Origin: an uncultured Candidatus Binatia bacterium
GTDB lineage: Bacteria > Desulfobacterota > Binatia > UBA9968 > JAJDTQ01
Direction of reading: 5' to 3'
Assembly (NCBI GenBank): GCA_965213675.1
Contig: OZ243916.1
Location: 2,784,001-2,848,000 of the forward strand
DNA: 64,000 nucleotides
This document shows, one piece after another, positions 44,465-60,306 of the stretch; the stretch's first letter is position 1; the number at the start of each line of letters is the position of its first letter. A program made the position numbers and the translations under genes. Below the pieces are notes generated by a model. The model was given only the letters and a program-made list of their open reading frames with translations, searched no databases and was not told the DNA's origin.

Positions 44465-46174
44465 CTACCCGGCGGTGTCCGCGTCGGTCACCCGCAGCGC
44501 CTCCTCGACGGTGGTGACCCCCTGCCGCACCTTGCTCACCGCGGCCTGCCGCAAGGTGCGCATGCCCTGTTCCACCGCCGCGGCCTTGAGTTCCGCCGCG
44601 GCAGCGCCGCGCAGGATCATCGCCTGCAAGTCCTCGGTCAAGGTCATGACCTCGTAGACCGCCACGCGCCCGCGGTACCCCGTGTGGTGGCATTGGGGGC
44701 AGCCGGAGGCGCGGCCGTCCTCGACATCGCGCACCGCCGCCACCGGACCGCTGGCTGCGGACAGGCCGTCCGCCAGCGCCGCGCGCGGCCGGCACGCATC
44801 GCACACCCGCCGCAAAAGGCGCTGGGCCGCCACCAGGCATACGGCGGAGGCAATGAGATACGGCTCCACGCCCATGTCCATGAGCCGGTGCACGCTCGAA
44901 GGCGCGTCGTTGGTGTGCAGGGTGGTGAGAACCAGGTGACCGGTGAGCGCGGCGTTGACCGCGATGCGCGCAGTGTCGGCGTCGCGGACCTCCCCCACCA
45001 TCAGGATATCGGGATCCTGACGCAGGAAAGCCCGCAGGCAGGCGGCGAACGTCAACCCGATGTCGGCATGGGTCTGCACCTGGTTGATGCCCGCCAAGTG
45101 GTACTCCACCGGGTCTTCGGCGGTGGAGATGTTCACGCCCGGCTGGTTCAGCTCCGAGAGCATGCCGTAGAGGGTGGTGGACTTGCCGCTGCCGGTGGGT
45201 CCGGTGAGCAGAATCATGCCCGAGGGCTTGCTCATGGCCCGGGTGAAGAGGTCCCGGTCGCGCGCCTCGAGCCCCAGCCCGTCCAGGCTGGTCACCAGGT
45301 CGGACCGGTGCAGCAGGCGCAGCACCACCTTCTCGCCGAAGCGTGTCGGCAACACCGAAACGCGGACATCCACTTCGCCGCCGGTTCCATCGAGCCGCAG
45401 GCGTCCGTCCTGGGGCAGGCGGTGTTCGGCAATGTCGAGACCGGACATGACCTTGATGCGGGAAGTCAACGCGTGCTTCATCCCGTGGGGCGGGGTCATG
45501 ACCTCCTGGAGCACGCCGTCGATGCGGAAGCGCACGCGCACGCTGTCCTCGTAGGGCTCGACGTGGATGTCGCTGGCGCCGCGCGCCACCGCATCCTGCA
45601 TCAGCGAATCCACCAGCGCCACGACGGTGGTGTCCGAGCCGGGCTTCCGCGCCCGTGCCGGAGACGGCGGCGCCGCGGGGCCGGCGGCGGCCGGCAACTC
45701 ACGCGCGCGCCTCCCGACAAGCCCTGCCGCATCGCCGGCTGCGCCGTTCGACGCGCCGGAGCGCGCATCGAGAATACGCTCGATGGTCGAGGGGCGAACC
45801 AGGGCGGTGCTGACGTCCAGGCCGGTCCTGAAACGGATCTCGTCCACGGCCGCGCGGTCCGTGGGATCGCTCACCGCCACTTCCAGCACCGAGCCCTCTC
45901 GCGCGAACGGGAGCCATTGGCGCTTCCGCAGCAGAGGCAACGGCAGCAGGGCGAAGGCCTCTTCGTCCACATGGGACGGCGTGAGTCCCTTCTCCTCGAT
46001 GCCGAACCGTTCACCGACGAACGCCACGAAACGGCCCTCGTCCATCGCCCCCGCCCGCGCCAGGGCCGCCACCAGACCGCCGTCTTCGCGTCGCTGCCGC
46101 GCCCCCGCCCGATCAAAGGCCTCGCGGCTCACCAACCCCGCGCCCACCAGCAGTTCACCCAGAGAATGTTCCAT
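44465..46174 (-). CDS. pilB: Type IV pilus extension ATPase (PilB/GspE)
   Basis: ASDIHVEP, RLPQDG, GPTGSGKST, RQDPD, tetracysteine motif, TGYRGR. Confidence 0.92.
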   Translation of the reverse strand: MEHSLGELLVGAGLVSREAFDRAGARQRREDGGLVAALARAGAMDEGRFVAFVGERFGIEEKGLTPSHVDEEAFALLPLPLLRKRQWLPFAREGSVLEVAVSDPTDRAAVDEIRFRTGLDVSTALVRPSTIERILDARSGASNGAAGDAAGLVGRRARELPAAAGPAAPPSPARARKPGSDTTVVALVDSLMQDAVARGASDIHVEPYEDSVRVRFRIDGVLQEVMTPPHGMKHALTSRIKVMSGLDIAEHRLPQDGRLRLDGTGGEVDVRVSVLPTRFGEKVVLRLLHRSDLVTSLDGLGLEARDRDLFTRAMSKPSGMILLTGPTGSGKSTTLYGMLSELNQPGVNISTAEDPVEYHLAGINQVQTHADIGLTFAACLRAFLRQDPDILMVGEVRDADTARIAVNAALTGHLVLTTLHTNDAPSSVHRLMDMGVEPYLIASAVCLVAAQRLLRRVCDACRPRAALADGLSAASGPVAAVRDVEDGRASGCPQCHHTGYRGRVAVYEVMTLTEDLQAMILRGAAAAELKAAAVEQGMRTLRQAAVSKVRQGVTTVEEALRVTDADTAG

Positions 46175-46202
46175 GAGGATCTCCTCCCCCGAACCCGTCG
46201 CC

Positions 46203-46232
46203 CCCCTGGATTCCCGCTTGCGCGGGAATGAC
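46203..46232 (-). repeat. GTCATTCCCGC-family REP unit
   Basis: cccctggattcccgcttgcgcgggaatgac. Confidence 0.8.
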
Positions 46233-46546
46233 GGTTCGGAGCGCCAGTGCCCATTTCGGTCTTGAGCGGCGCATGGACGCTGCCCGTTCCAACGAAATGG
46301 ACACGCCGGCATGATGGTTCGGCACGGTCATGCGCAAACGGTCATGCGCAATTCGTGTCTGCGTTCTACAAGATGAATCGACGGGCCGGCGCGAAACTAT
46401 AGGGGGAAATCCACAGGAACGAGAAAAACCCAGGCGTGGCGGAATCGTCGAAGTGCCGGCCGCATCGAGTTCCGTGCGGGGCGGCAATCCGTGCGCAGCG
46501 CCTCGCACCGCACAGGAAAGGACTCGGGCGCGGGGAGGGGTTACAA

Positions 46547-49284
<2,738 letters not shown>

Positions 49285-49285
<1 letters not shown>

Positions 49286-50604
49286 CAGCGGTCCCTCGTG
49301 CGCGGGTCGATGCGGCGGCGGATCTCGTCCACCAACCGGTCCACCGGAACACGCACCTGAGTCATGGCGTCGCGGTCGCGCAGCGTCACGGTCTGGTCCT
49401 TCATGGTGTCGTGGTCCACGGTGATGCCGAAGGGCGTGCCGATCTCGTCCTGACGGCGGTAGCGCCGCCCGATGGAGCCGGCCTGGTCATAGGTCACGGG
49501 GAAATGCTCCTTGAGGATGTCGCGGATCTCCTGGGCCCGCTCCGGCTGGCCAGCCTTGCGGAGCAACGGGTAGACGCCCGCCTTGAACGGAGCCAGACGG
49601 GGGTCCAGGCGCAGCACCACGCGGCGGTCGCCCTCCACCTCCTCTTCGTCGTAGGCGTCCACCAGAAACGCCAGCAGCGGCCGGTCCACGCCCGCGGAAG
49701 GCTCGATCACGTATGGAATGTAGCGGCTGCGGCTGGCCTCGTCGAAGTAGCTCATGTCCTTGCCGCTGTATTCCATGTGCTGCTTGAGGTCGAAGTCGCT
49801 GCGGTTGGCGATGCCCTCCAGCTCCGACCAGCCGAACGGAAACTCGTACTCCACGTCCACGCACGCCTTGGCGTAGTGCGCCAGCTCGTCGCTGCCGTGA
49901 GGGCGGATGCGCAGGTTTTCGGCGCGAATGCCGTTGTCCACGTACCACTGGAGGCGCGTCTCCTGCCATGACTGGAAGGCTTCCTCGTCCTCCCCCGGCT
50001 TCACGAAATACTCGATCTCCATCTGTTCGAACTCGCGGGTGCGGAAGATGAAGTTGCCGGGGGTAATCTCGTTGCGGAAGCTCTTGCCGATCTGGGCGAT
50101 GCCGAAGGGAAGCTTCTGGCGCGCGGTGTCGAGCACGTTCTGGAAGTTGACGAAGATGCCCTGGGCGGTCTCGGGGCGCAGGAACACGGTGCTGGCGGTG
50201 TCTTCCACCGGCCCCATGAAGGTCTTGAACATGAGGTTGAACTGCCGCGCCTCGGTGAGCGCCCCGCCGCAGTCCGGGCACCCGTCCCCGTTCACGTGGT
50301 CTTCCCGGAAACGGTGATGGCAGACCCTGCACTCCACCAGCGGGTCCGAGAAGCCGGCCACGTGGCCCGAGGCCTCCCACACGCGCGGGTGCATCAGGAT
50401 CGAGGCGTCCAGCCCCACCGTGTCGTTGCGCCCGGTCACCACCGCCTTCCACCACGCCTCCTTGACGTTGCGCTTGAGCTCCACGCCCACGGGCCCGTAG
50501 TCCCAAGTGCTGCCGATCCCTCCGTAAATCTCACTGGACGGAAAGATGAACCCTCTCCGCTTGCACAGATTGACGACCTTTTCCATCGTCGCGTGTTGGT
50601 TCAT
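49285..50604 (-). CDS. glyQS: Glycine-tRNA ligase, homodimeric (alpha2) type
   Basis: [56 protein letters not shown]. Confidence 0.96.
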
Positions 50605-50650
50605 GGGTGACGTGATACTCCTGTCTACCGTCGAAACTGCGGCCGGCAAC

Positions 50651-51424
50651 TTAACGAAACGGGCCATCCAGAAAGGCCGCGGACTTGAGCTTCTTACTAA
50701 TCTGGTACTGGATAAACAAGGGCATCAGCCCCCGCGCCTCGCGCAAGGCCGGCTGGAGCGACACCGGCGTCTCGCCCCCCGTCCAACCGTGCCGCTGGAT
50801 GCGGACTAGCATGTCCAATGCCGCCGCCGACAGGGGCACCGCTTCCCTGCGATGGTCGCGGCAGTCGCCGCACAGGACGCCGCCGTCGGCCGGGCTGAAG
50901 CCCCAACGGACGTTCCACAGGCCGTTGTCGCGGCCGGGGCCGCCACCGCAGCGCTGGCACCGCTCCAGGATGGGCTGAAAGCCCGCCAGCCGCAGCAGCG
51001 TCAACTCGAAGGCGGTCAGGAACTCCGGCGAAGCCGCGTTTTCCTCCAGGAACCGGAGCCCGGAGCGCAGGTGCTCGAACAGCGACAGGCTGTCGTCACC
51101 GTCCCGCGTCAACTCGTCGGTGATCTCCACGAGGTAGGAAGCGTACGCGATCTTGCCGAGATCCCTGGCGATGGCCCGGAACACGCAGACCCATTCGCAG
51201 GCGTGGACGAATGCCAGCGGACTATGCGGGCGCTCCTGGCAGCGCAACTGCACCAGCGTGAAGGGCTCCAGGACGTTCAGAAACCGCTTGCGGGAGCGCC
51301 TGGCTCCCTTGGCGATGCCGCGGATCTTGCCGAAATCCCGCGTCAGGAAGGAGACGATCTTGTCGGATTCGCCGTAAGCCCAGGACCGCAAAACGATGGC
51401 CGGGCTCGACCGTATCGCCGGCAA
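50651..51424 (-). CDS. recO: DNA repair protein RecO (start approximate)
   Basis: AIVL...[20 protein letters not shown], CxxC...CxxC. Confidence 0.92.
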   Translation of the reverse strand: MPAIRSSPAIVLRSWAYGESDKIVSFLTRDFGKIRGIAKGARRSRKRFLNVLEPFTLVQLRCQERPHSPLAFVHACEWVCVFRAIARDLGKIAYASYLVEITDELTRDGDDSLSLFEHLRSGLRFLEENAASPEFLTAFELTLLRLAGFQPILERCQRCGGGPGRDNGLWNVRWGFSPADGGVLCGDCRDHRREAVPLSAAALDMLVRIQRHGWTGGETPVSLQPALREARGLMPLFIQYQISKKLKSAAFLDGPFR

Positions 51425-51569
51425 CGCAACCCCCCGCGACGCCCCGGCCGTTCCTCCCCTCCAGGCGCGCCGCACAAACGTCAAACTCCTGTCACGTATA
51501 CACGAACCCAGCCAAAAAGTCGCGCGGAAACACCCACTTCCGCCCGTTCCGGCGTTTGATTCCGCCACC

Positions 51570-51598
51570 TTGACACGGACCTGATCGGTGATTACCTT
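51570..51598 (+). promoter_or_regulatory. Sigma70-type promoter for grpE-dnaK-dnaJ-lon
   Basis: TTGACA-17 nt-TACCTT. Confidence 0.6.
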
Positions 51599-51632
51599 CT
51601 TTCGGCCGTTGTCCCGGCGGATGCCCTTCTTT

Positions 51633-51682
51633 ACGTCATTCCCGCAAAAGCGGCTGTGCCAAGACTCCCGCGGGAATGACGT
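51633..51682. repeat. Collapsed GTCATTCCCGC REP hairpin in the grpE leader
   Basis: acgtcattcccgc...gcgggaatgacgt; its loop ggctgtgccaagactcc resembles the outer arm of the 41-kb composite. Confidence 0.8.
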
Positions 51683-51737
51683 GAGAGGGTAGGAGTGAAC
51701 GTGAGGGGGCGGGAGGGACCGTGAGAAGGGCGCGGAA

Positions 51738-52406
51738 ATGGCTGCCTCGGAAACCGAAAACATGGCGCAAGACAAAGAACCAGTGCGAGAAACGGCAGAC
51801 AACGCGGCGGCCGATGCCGAATTGCAGGACCCGGCGACCGAGCCCGAGCCCCAGGAAGCAGCGGCCGCCGACGCGGCGCCGGAGCCTTCCGAGGCGGAGC
51901 GCTTGACCGAGGAGCTGGCGGCGGCCAGGGAAGAGGCGCGGCGGCTGGAGGACCAGTTCCTGCGGCAGGCGGCGGAGACGGAGAACTACAAGAAGCGCGT
52001 GGCGCGGGAGAAGCAGGACGCCATCCGCTTCGCCAACGAGTCGCTGGTGCGGGATCTCCTGCCGGTCATCGACGACCTCGAACGGGCGATGGCGCACGGC
52101 CTGGGCGACGATAACGGACAGTCCCTGCTGGACGGCGTCATGCTCGTCCACCGGAGCTGCCTCGAAGCGCTCCAGAAGCACGACGTCACGCAGATCACGG
52201 CCAGGGGCGAACCCTTCGACCCGGAGAAACACGAGGCCTTCGCCCAGGTGGAGACCGCCGGACAGGAGGCCAACACGGTGGTGGACGAGGTCCACCGGGG
52301 CTACTACCTGGGCGACCGGCTGCTGCGGCCGTCCCTGGTAAGCGTCGCCAAAGCGCCCGCATCCGAGGCCGGAAACACGGTTGAAAACGACCCGGCCGAT
52401 GATTAG
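51738..52406 (+). CDS. grpE: Nucleotide exchange factor GrpE
   Basis: AE.ENYKKR, LLPVIDDLERA, FDPEKHEA, RLLRP. Confidence 0.96.
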   Translation: MAASETENMAQDKEPVRETADNAAADAELQDPATEPEPQEAAAADAAPEPSEAERLTEELAAAREEARRLEDQFLRQAAETENYKKRVAREKQDAIRFANESLVRDLLPVIDDLERAMAHGLGDDNGQSLLDGVMLVHRSCLEALQKHDVTQITARGEPFDPEKHEAFAQVETAGQEANTVVDEVHRGYYLGDRLLRPSLVSVAKAPASEAGNTVENDPADD

Positions 52407-52447
52407 ATTCCACGGCGACAGACATCGTATGAGCAAGGAGACCTGAT

Positions 52448-54370
<1,923 letters not shown>

Positions 54371-54502
54371 GAGCCTGCGGCGCAGGCTCCCACGACCCGG
54401 CACTGCGGAAAACGTCACGGCGCGATTTCCCGGAGGGCGACCGCCGGTCCCCCCAACACGCAGCAACGCGGGCGGTCCGCACGCGCCCGGCGGGAATCGA
54501 TA

Positions 54503-55618
54503 TTGGACAAAAAGGACTACTATGAAATCCTCGGCCTGAGCCGCAACGCCGGCGAGGACGAAATCAAGAAGGCGTACCGCAAGCTCGCGCTGCAGTACCA
54601 TCCGGACCGGAACCCGGGCGACAAGGAGGCGGAGGAGAAGTTCAAGGAACTGTCCGAAGCCTACCAAGTCCTCTCCGATCCGGAGAACAGGTCCAAATAC
54701 GACCAGTTCGGCCACGCCGCGTTCGGCGACGCGGGTCCGTTCGCGGGCGGCTTCGACTTCACCGGCAGGTTCGAGGACATCTTCGGCGACATCTTCGGAG
54801 ACTTCTTCGGCGGGTCGCCGCGCGGCCGCACCCGAAGCCGGGCGCAGCGCGGCGACGACCTGCGCTACAACCTCGAAATCACCTTCGAACAGGCCGCCTT
54901 CGGCACCGAGAAGAAGATCAAGATCCCGCGTCACGGGCCATGCGACGCGTGCGCGGGCAGCGGCGCCGAGAAGGGTACGGCGCCACAGACCTGTCCCGGC
55001 TGCAAGGGTACGGGACAGATGGCCTTCCAGCAGGGTTTCTTCACGGTGTCGCGCACCTGCAGCCAGTGCGGCGGGCAGGGCCGGGTGATCGCCAACCCGT
55101 GCGCCTCGTGCGGCGGCGTGGGCCTCACCCGCAAGTTCCACACCATCAACGTCAAGATCCCGGCCGGTGTCGATTCGGGATCGCGTCTCAAGCTGCGCGC
55201 CGAGGGCGAGGGCGGCGTACGCGGCGGACCGCCGGGGGACCTGTACGTGGTCATCCTGGTGCAGGAGCATCCGATCTTCGCGCGCGACGGACAGGAAGTG
55301 ATCTGCGAGATGCCCATCAGCTTCGTCCACGCCGCCCTCGGCGCGGAGATCGAGGTGCCCACGCTGGAAGGCAAGGTCAAGATGAAGATCCCCGCCGGGA
55401 CCCAGTCCAACGCGGTGTTCCGCCTCAAGGGCAAGGGCATCAAGCACGTGCACGGGAGCCACCGCGGGGACGAGCACGTGCGCGTGATCGTGGAAACGCC
55501 CACGCGCCTGACCGGGCGCCAGAAGAAGCTCCTGCAGGAATTCTCCGAAGCAGGCGGCGACGACGGCCAGCCTATTGCAAAAGGGTTCTTCGAGAAGGTA
55601 AAGGAACTTTTCGACTAA
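54503..55618 (+). CDS. dnaJ: Chaperone DnaJ
   Basis: HPD motif, G/F region, four CxxCxGxG repeats. Confidence 0.98.
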   Translation: MDKKDYYEILGLSRNAGEDEIKKAYRKLALQYHPDRNPGDKEAEEKFKELSEAYQVLSDPENRSKYDQFGHAAFGDAGPFAGGFDFTGRFEDIFGDIFGDFFGGSPRGRTRSRAQRGDDLRYNLEITFEQAAFGTEKKIKIPRHGPCDACAGSGAEKGTAPQTCPGCKGTGQMAFQQGFFTVSRTCSQCGGQGRVIANPCASCGGVGLTRKFHTINVKIPAGVDSGSRLKLRAEGEGGVRGGPPGDLYVVILVQEHPIFARDGQEVICEMPISFVHAALGAEIEVPTLEGKVKMKIPAGTQSNAVFRLKGKGIKHVHGSHRGDEHVRVIVETPTRLTGRQKKLLQEFSEAGGDDGQPIAKGFFEKVKELFD

Positions 55619-55627
55619 GGATCATTG

Positions 55628-58087
55628 ATGGAAGAATCCGACAGGGATACCGACGCGCTGGTCGACGACCGGCCCGTGAGCGAGATCCCGGACATCATAC
55701 CGCTCCTCCCCATCCGGGACATCGTCATCTATCCGTACATGATGATCCCCTTGTTCATCGGCAGGGAGATGTCCATCAACGCCGTGAACGAGGCACTGGA
55801 GCGCGACCGGCACATCTTCCTCGTGGTGCAGAAGGACGCCACCGAGGATGAGCCCGCGGCGGACGACCTCTACCGCGTGGGCACGGTGGCGACCATCCTG
55901 CGCATGCTCAAGCTCGACGACGGCCGGGTCAAGATCCTGGTGCAGGGGATGACCAAAGGCATCCTCCAGGAGTTCATGCGCCAGGAGCCCTACTTCGAGA
56001 CGCGCATCGAGAAGGTCATCGAGCCCCAGGTCATCGAGGTGTCCATCGAGGTCGAGGCGCTCATGCGCAACGTCAAGGAGAAGATCGAGCAGATCCTCAA
56101 CCTCAAGAGCCTGCCGCCGGAGATCGTCATGGTCACCGACAACGTCGTGGACCCCGGCATCCTGGCCGACCTGGTAGCCTCCAACCTGCGCCTCGAGATC
56201 GAGGAGAGCCAGGCCATCCTCGAAATCTACGAGCCGGTGGAGCGGCTGCGAAAGGTCAACGAGCTACTCACCCGGGAGCTCGAGCTGGCTACCATGCAGG
56301 CGCGCATCCAGAGCCAGGCCAAGGACGAGATGAGCAAGACCCAGCGGGAGTACTTCCTGCGGGAGCAGCTCCGGCAGATTCATCAGGAGCTTGGCGAGGG
56401 CGACGAGAAGACCGAGGAAATGAACGAGCTCAAGGCCCAGCTCGACAAGGCCGGCATGCCGCCGGACGTCAAGAAGGAGGCCGACAAGCAGCTCAAGCGG
56501 CTGGAGCAGATGCATCCGGAGTCGTCCGAGTCTTCCCTCGTGCGCACCTACCTGGACTGGATGGTGGAGCTTCCCTGGAGCGTCCGCACCGACGACAACC
56601 TCGATCTCGGGAAGGCCAAGCAGGTTCTGGACGAGGACCACTTCAATCTGGAGAAGATCAAGGAGCGGTTCCTCGAGTACCTCGCGGTGAACAAGCTGCG
56701 GAAGAAGATCCGCGGCCCGATCCTGTGCTTCGTCGGACCTCCGGGGGTGGGCAAAACCTCCCTGGGAAAGTCCATCGCGCGCGCCCTCGGGCGCAACTTC
56801 GTGCGCATCTCGCTGGGCGGGGTGCGCGACGAGGCGGAAATCCGCGGGCACCGCAGGACCTACGTGGGCGCCCTGCCCGGCCGCATCGTCCAGGGCATGA
56901 AGCAGGCCGGCTCCAACAACCCCGTGTTCATGCTCGACGAACTGGACAAGGTCGGCAACGATTTCCGGGGCGATCCGTCCGCGGCGCTGCTGGAGGTGCT
57001 CGACCCGGAACAGAACCACGCCTTCAGCGACCACTACCTGAACGTTCCCTTCGACCTCTCCAGCGTGCTCTTCATCTGCACCGCCAACCTGCTCGACACG
57101 GTGCCGCCGGCACTGCGGGACCGCATGGAGGTCATCAACCTCTCCGGATACACCAACGAGGAGAAACTGGAGATCGCGCAGCGCTTCCTGGTTCCGCGGC
57201 AGCGCCAGGAGTCCGGCATCTCCGCCGAGCTGCTGGACATCTCGCCGGACGCGGTGCTGCGCATCATCGAGCAGTACACGCGGGAGGCCGGGCTGCGGAA
57301 CCTGGAACGGGAGATCGCCGCCATCTGCCGCAAGGTCGCGCGCAAGGTGGCCGACGGCCGCAGCGTGCGCACGCGCATCACCCGGCGCAACCTGCACCAG
57401 TTCCTCGGTCCGCCCCGTTTCCTCACGGAGACCCAGGATCAGAACGAGATCGGCGTGGCCACGGGCCTGGCCTGGACCAGCGCCGGAGGCGAACTGCTGC
57501 ATGTGGAAGCGTCGCTCTCCAAGGGCCGCGGCAACCTGACCCTCACCGGCCAGTTGGGCGACGTGATGCGCGAATCGGCTCAGGCCGCGGTGAGCTATGC
57601 CCGGGCCCAGGCCAAGAACCTCGGACTGGAGGAGAACTTCTACCAGAAGCAGGACATCCACATTCATGTGCCGTCGGGCTCCATCCCCAAGGACGGCCCC
57701 TCCGCGGGCATCACCATGGGCACGGCCCTCATCTCCGCGCTGACCCGGCGGCCGGTGAGCCGCAACGTCGCCATGACCGGGGAAATCACGCTTCGGGGAC
57801 GGGTGCTGCCCGTGGGCGGCCTGAAGGAGAAGTGCCTGGCGGCTTTCCGCTCCGGCGTCCAGACCGTCGCCATCCCCTTTCAGAACCAGAAGGACCTGGA
57901 GGAGATTCCGCGCCCGCTGCGCAACAAGCTGAACTTCATCCTGGCGCGGGACATGAACGACGTGCTCGCGGTGGCCTTCGACGACAAGCTTCCGCCCACC
58001 GTGCCGCCTGCGGTCAAGCCCAGGAAGACCGCACAGCGCACGCCCCCCAAGGGCGGCAGCGGCAAGACGGTGCCGGCGAATGCCTGA
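55628..58087 (+). CDS. lon: ATP-dependent protease La
   Basis: [29 protein letters not shown]. Confidence 0.98.
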   Translation: MEESDRDTDALVDDRPVSEIPDIIPLLPIRDIVIYPYMMIPLFIGREMSINAVNEALERDRHIFLVVQKDATEDEPAADDLYRVGTVATILRMLKLDDGRVKILVQGMTKGILQEFMRQEPYFETRIEKVIEPQVIEVSIEVEALMRNVKEKIEQILNLKSLPPEIVMVTDNVVDPGILADLVASNLRLEIEESQAILEIYEPVERLRKVNELLTRELELATMQARIQSQAKDEMSKTQREYFLREQLRQIHQELGEGDEKTEEMNELKAQLDKAGMPPDVKKEADKQLKRLEQMHPESSESSLVRTYLDWMVELPWSVRTDDNLDLGKAKQVLDEDHFNLEKIKERFLEYLAVNKLRKKIRGPILCFVGPPGVGKTSLGKSIARALGRNFVRISLGGVRDEAEIRGHRRTYVGALPGRIVQGMKQAGSNNPVFMLDELDKVGNDFRGDPSAALLEVLDPEQNHAFSDHYLNVPFDLSSVLFICTANLLDTVPPALRDRMEVINLSGYTNEEKLEIAQRFLVPRQRQESGISAELLDISPDAVLRIIEQYTREAGLRNLEREIAAICRKVARKVADGRSVRTRITRRNLHQFLGPPRFLTETQDQNEIGVATGLAWTSAGGELLHVEASLSKGRGNLTLTGQLGDVMRESAQAAVSYARAQAKNLGLEENFYQKQDIHIHVPSGSIPKDGPSAGITMGTALISALTRRPVSRNVAMTGEITLRGRVLPVGGLKEKCLAAFRSGVQTVAIPFQNQKDLEEIPRPLRNKLNFILARDMNDVLAVAFDDKLPPTVPPAVKPRKTAQRTPPKGGSGKTVPANA

Positions 58088-58161
58088 GCGGGGTCGCACG
58101 CCAGGAGCTTGCGCCGCAGGAGTTCCCGAAACCCGCCCGCATTCCAACCACTTCAGACAAC

Positions 58162-58328
58162 CTAGGAGCCTGTCGGGTTTATCAAGAATCTGCTGCGAGG
58201 CAGGGAAATGGGTCCATTTCCGGTTGGATTTTCGTCCAATATTACCAATATTCTCCTCAAATCCGCCCGAAAATGGCCTCCATTTCTCTGCCTCTCGCTA
58301 CGATTCGATAAACCCGACAGGCTCCTAG
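58162..58328. mobile_element. MITE family B (167 bp, perfect 22-bp inverted ends including CTAG)
   Basis: ctaggagcctgtcgggtttatc ... gataaacccgacaggctcctag; non-coding, AT-richer core. Confidence 0.9.
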
Positions 58329-58450
58329 GGTATGTTGCCGACTTGTTGCGACCTGACTCACCGGTTTTGCGGGGTCCACGGAAACGCTTGCTGCCACGTC
58401 GTTTTGGAATCGATCCACCAGAGGCCGATCAGACGCAAAGCCACACGCCC

Positions 58451-59491
58451 ATGAGACTCCGCGATCTGGGAGAATTCGGGCTCATCGACTTGATCCAAAG
58501 GAACACCCCGCGCCGGCGCGGGGTCCGGCTGGGCATCGGCGACGATGCCGCCTGGGTGACCACTGCCGGGGACTCGCTCCTGTTCACCTCGGATCTGCTC
58601 ATCGAAGGCATCCACTTCAAGCGCGAGTGGATCCCGATGCAGGATCTCGGGCACAAAGCCCTCACCGCCAGCCTGAGCGACATCGCCGCCATGGGCGGAC
58701 GCCCGGCGTTCTTTCTCCTCTCGCTGGCCCTTCCCGACATCGACACCGGCGACGCCGCCGCCCTGATCGAAGGCATTCAGGCACTGGCCGCCGAGCACCG
58801 GTTGGCGCTGGTGGGGGGCGACACCTGCGCCGCCGACCGGTTGACCCTCGACGTGTTCCTCGCCGGCGAGGCGCCCCACGGGGCGGTGACCCGCGCCGGC
58901 GCCCGGGTGGGCGACGACATCTACGTCACCGGCACCCTGGGGGACTCGGCGCTGGGGCTGGCGCTGCTCTCGGAGCCGCGCCCCAAGGCGCCGGCAAAGG
59001 ACCGGAACTACCTCATTCAGCGGCACCACCGCCCCAGCGCGCGCGTAAAGACCGGCCTGCAACTCGCCCGGGAGGGTGTGGCGCACGCCATGATGGACGT
59101 GAGCGACGGCCTCGCCCAGGACCTGGGCCACATCTGCCGGGCGAGCCGCACGGGCGCCGTGGTGCACCAGGCGCGCGTGCCCCTGTCGCCGGCGTTCGTC
59201 CGCGTGGCCGGCCCGGACGACCTCGCGTGCGCCCTCGCCGGCGGCGAGGACTACGAACTGCTGTTCACCGCGGACCCGGACGCGCGCAAGGGCATCGAGG
59301 GCGTCGCCCGCCGCACCGGCGTCCCCATCACCCGCATCGGCGAGTGCGTGTCCCGAAAGCACGGCGTCACGCTGGTGGACGCGCGCGGCGACAGCGCGCC
59401 CCTGAGCGCGGAGGGCTACGACCACTTCAGGGACGCCGAAAGGGACGTCATTCCCGCGAACCCCCAGGTCGTCGACCGGGGGACCGGGTGA
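58451..59491 (+). CDS. thiL: Thiamine-monophosphate kinase
   Basis: GEFGLI, GIGDDAA, SDIAAMGG, GGDT, DVSDGL, GGEDYEL. Confidence 0.96.
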   Translation: MRLRDLGEFGLIDLIQRNTPRRRGVRLGIGDDAAWVTTAGDSLLFTSDLLIEGIHFKREWIPMQDLGHKALTASLSDIAAMGGRPAFFLLSLALPDIDTGDAAALIEGIQALAAEHRLALVGGDTCAADRLTLDVFLAGEAPHGAVTRAGARVGDDIYVTGTLGDSALGLALLSEPRPKAPAKDRNYLIQRHHRPSARVKTGLQLAREGVAHAMMDVSDGLAQDLGHICRASRTGAVVHQARVPLSPAFVRVAGPDDLACALAGGEDYELLFTADPDARKGIEGVARRTGVPITRIGECVSRKHGVTLVDARGDSAPLSAEGYDHFRDAERDVIPANPQVVDRGTG

Positions 59492-59554
59492 CGGTGGAGC
59501 CGGGCGGGGGGATATGACGGGCGAAGGCGTGCGAATGACGGAATTTGGGTCACC

Positions 59555-60304
59555 ATGGACGAAGGGCAACTCACAGAACTCCTGAACGGCGTCGGCCGCG
59601 GCGAGGTCGCCGTCGACGAGGCGCTGAAGCGGTTGCAGCACCTTCCCTTCGAGGACCTGGGGTTCGCCAAGGTGGACCATCACCGGGCCTTGCGCCAGGG
59701 ATTCCCCGAGGTCATCCTGGGCGAAGGCAAGGAAGTGGCGGACATCGCCGCCATCGCCCGGGCGATCCGCAAGCGCGCAGCAAACGTGCTCATCACGCGC
59801 CTGTCCGGGGAAAAGATGGACGCGCTCAAGCCGCGGCTTCGGGGCTTCCGCTTCCATCGCGAGGCGCGCGCCGCCACGTGGCGCGCCAAGGATGCGCCGC
59901 TCACGGGCAAGGGGACCATCGCGGTGGTGTGCGCCGGCACATCCGACATCCCCGTGGCGGAGGAGGCCGCGGTCACCAGCGAAGTCATGGGCAACCAGGT
60001 GGAGCGGATCTACGACGTGGGCGTGGCCGGCCTGCACCGGCTGCTGGGGCACCACCGGCAGCTCACCGAGGCGGCGCTGCTCATCGTCGTGGCGGGCATG
60101 GAAGGCGCGCTGCCGAGCGTCGTGGCCGGTCTGGTGCGCCGGCCGGTCATCGCGGTGCCCACCAGCGTGGGCTACGGCGCCAGCTTCCACGGCCTGTCCG
60201 CGCTCCTGGCCATGCTCAATTCGTGCGCCGCCGGGGTCACGGTGGTGAACATCGACAACGGCTTCGGCGCCGGCTACGCCGCGTCGCTGATCAACAGGGA
60301 TTGA
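59555..60304 (+). CDS. larB: Nickel-pincer cofactor biosynthesis carboxylase LarB
   Basis: DHHRALRQGFPE, AGTSD, DVGVAGLHRL, GMEGAL, PTSVGYG, VNIDNGFGA. Confidence 0.93.
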   Translation: MDEGQLTELLNGVGRGEVAVDEALKRLQHLPFEDLGFAKVDHHRALRQGFPEVILGEGKEVADIAAIARAIRKRAANVLITRLSGEKMDALKPRLRGFRFHREARAATWRAKDAPLTGKGTIAVVCAGTSDIPVAEEAAVTSEVMGNQVERIYDVGVAGLHRLLGHHRQLTEAALLIVVAGMEGALPSVVAGLVRRPVIAVPTSVGYGASFHGLSALLAMLNSCAAGVTVVNIDNGFGAGYAASLINRD

Positions 60305-60306
60305 AT

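Noticed and set aside
59555-60304. Second purE, or a complete lactate racemase system
   Set aside because: The motifs are LarB-specific, and larA, larC and larE are not in the window.
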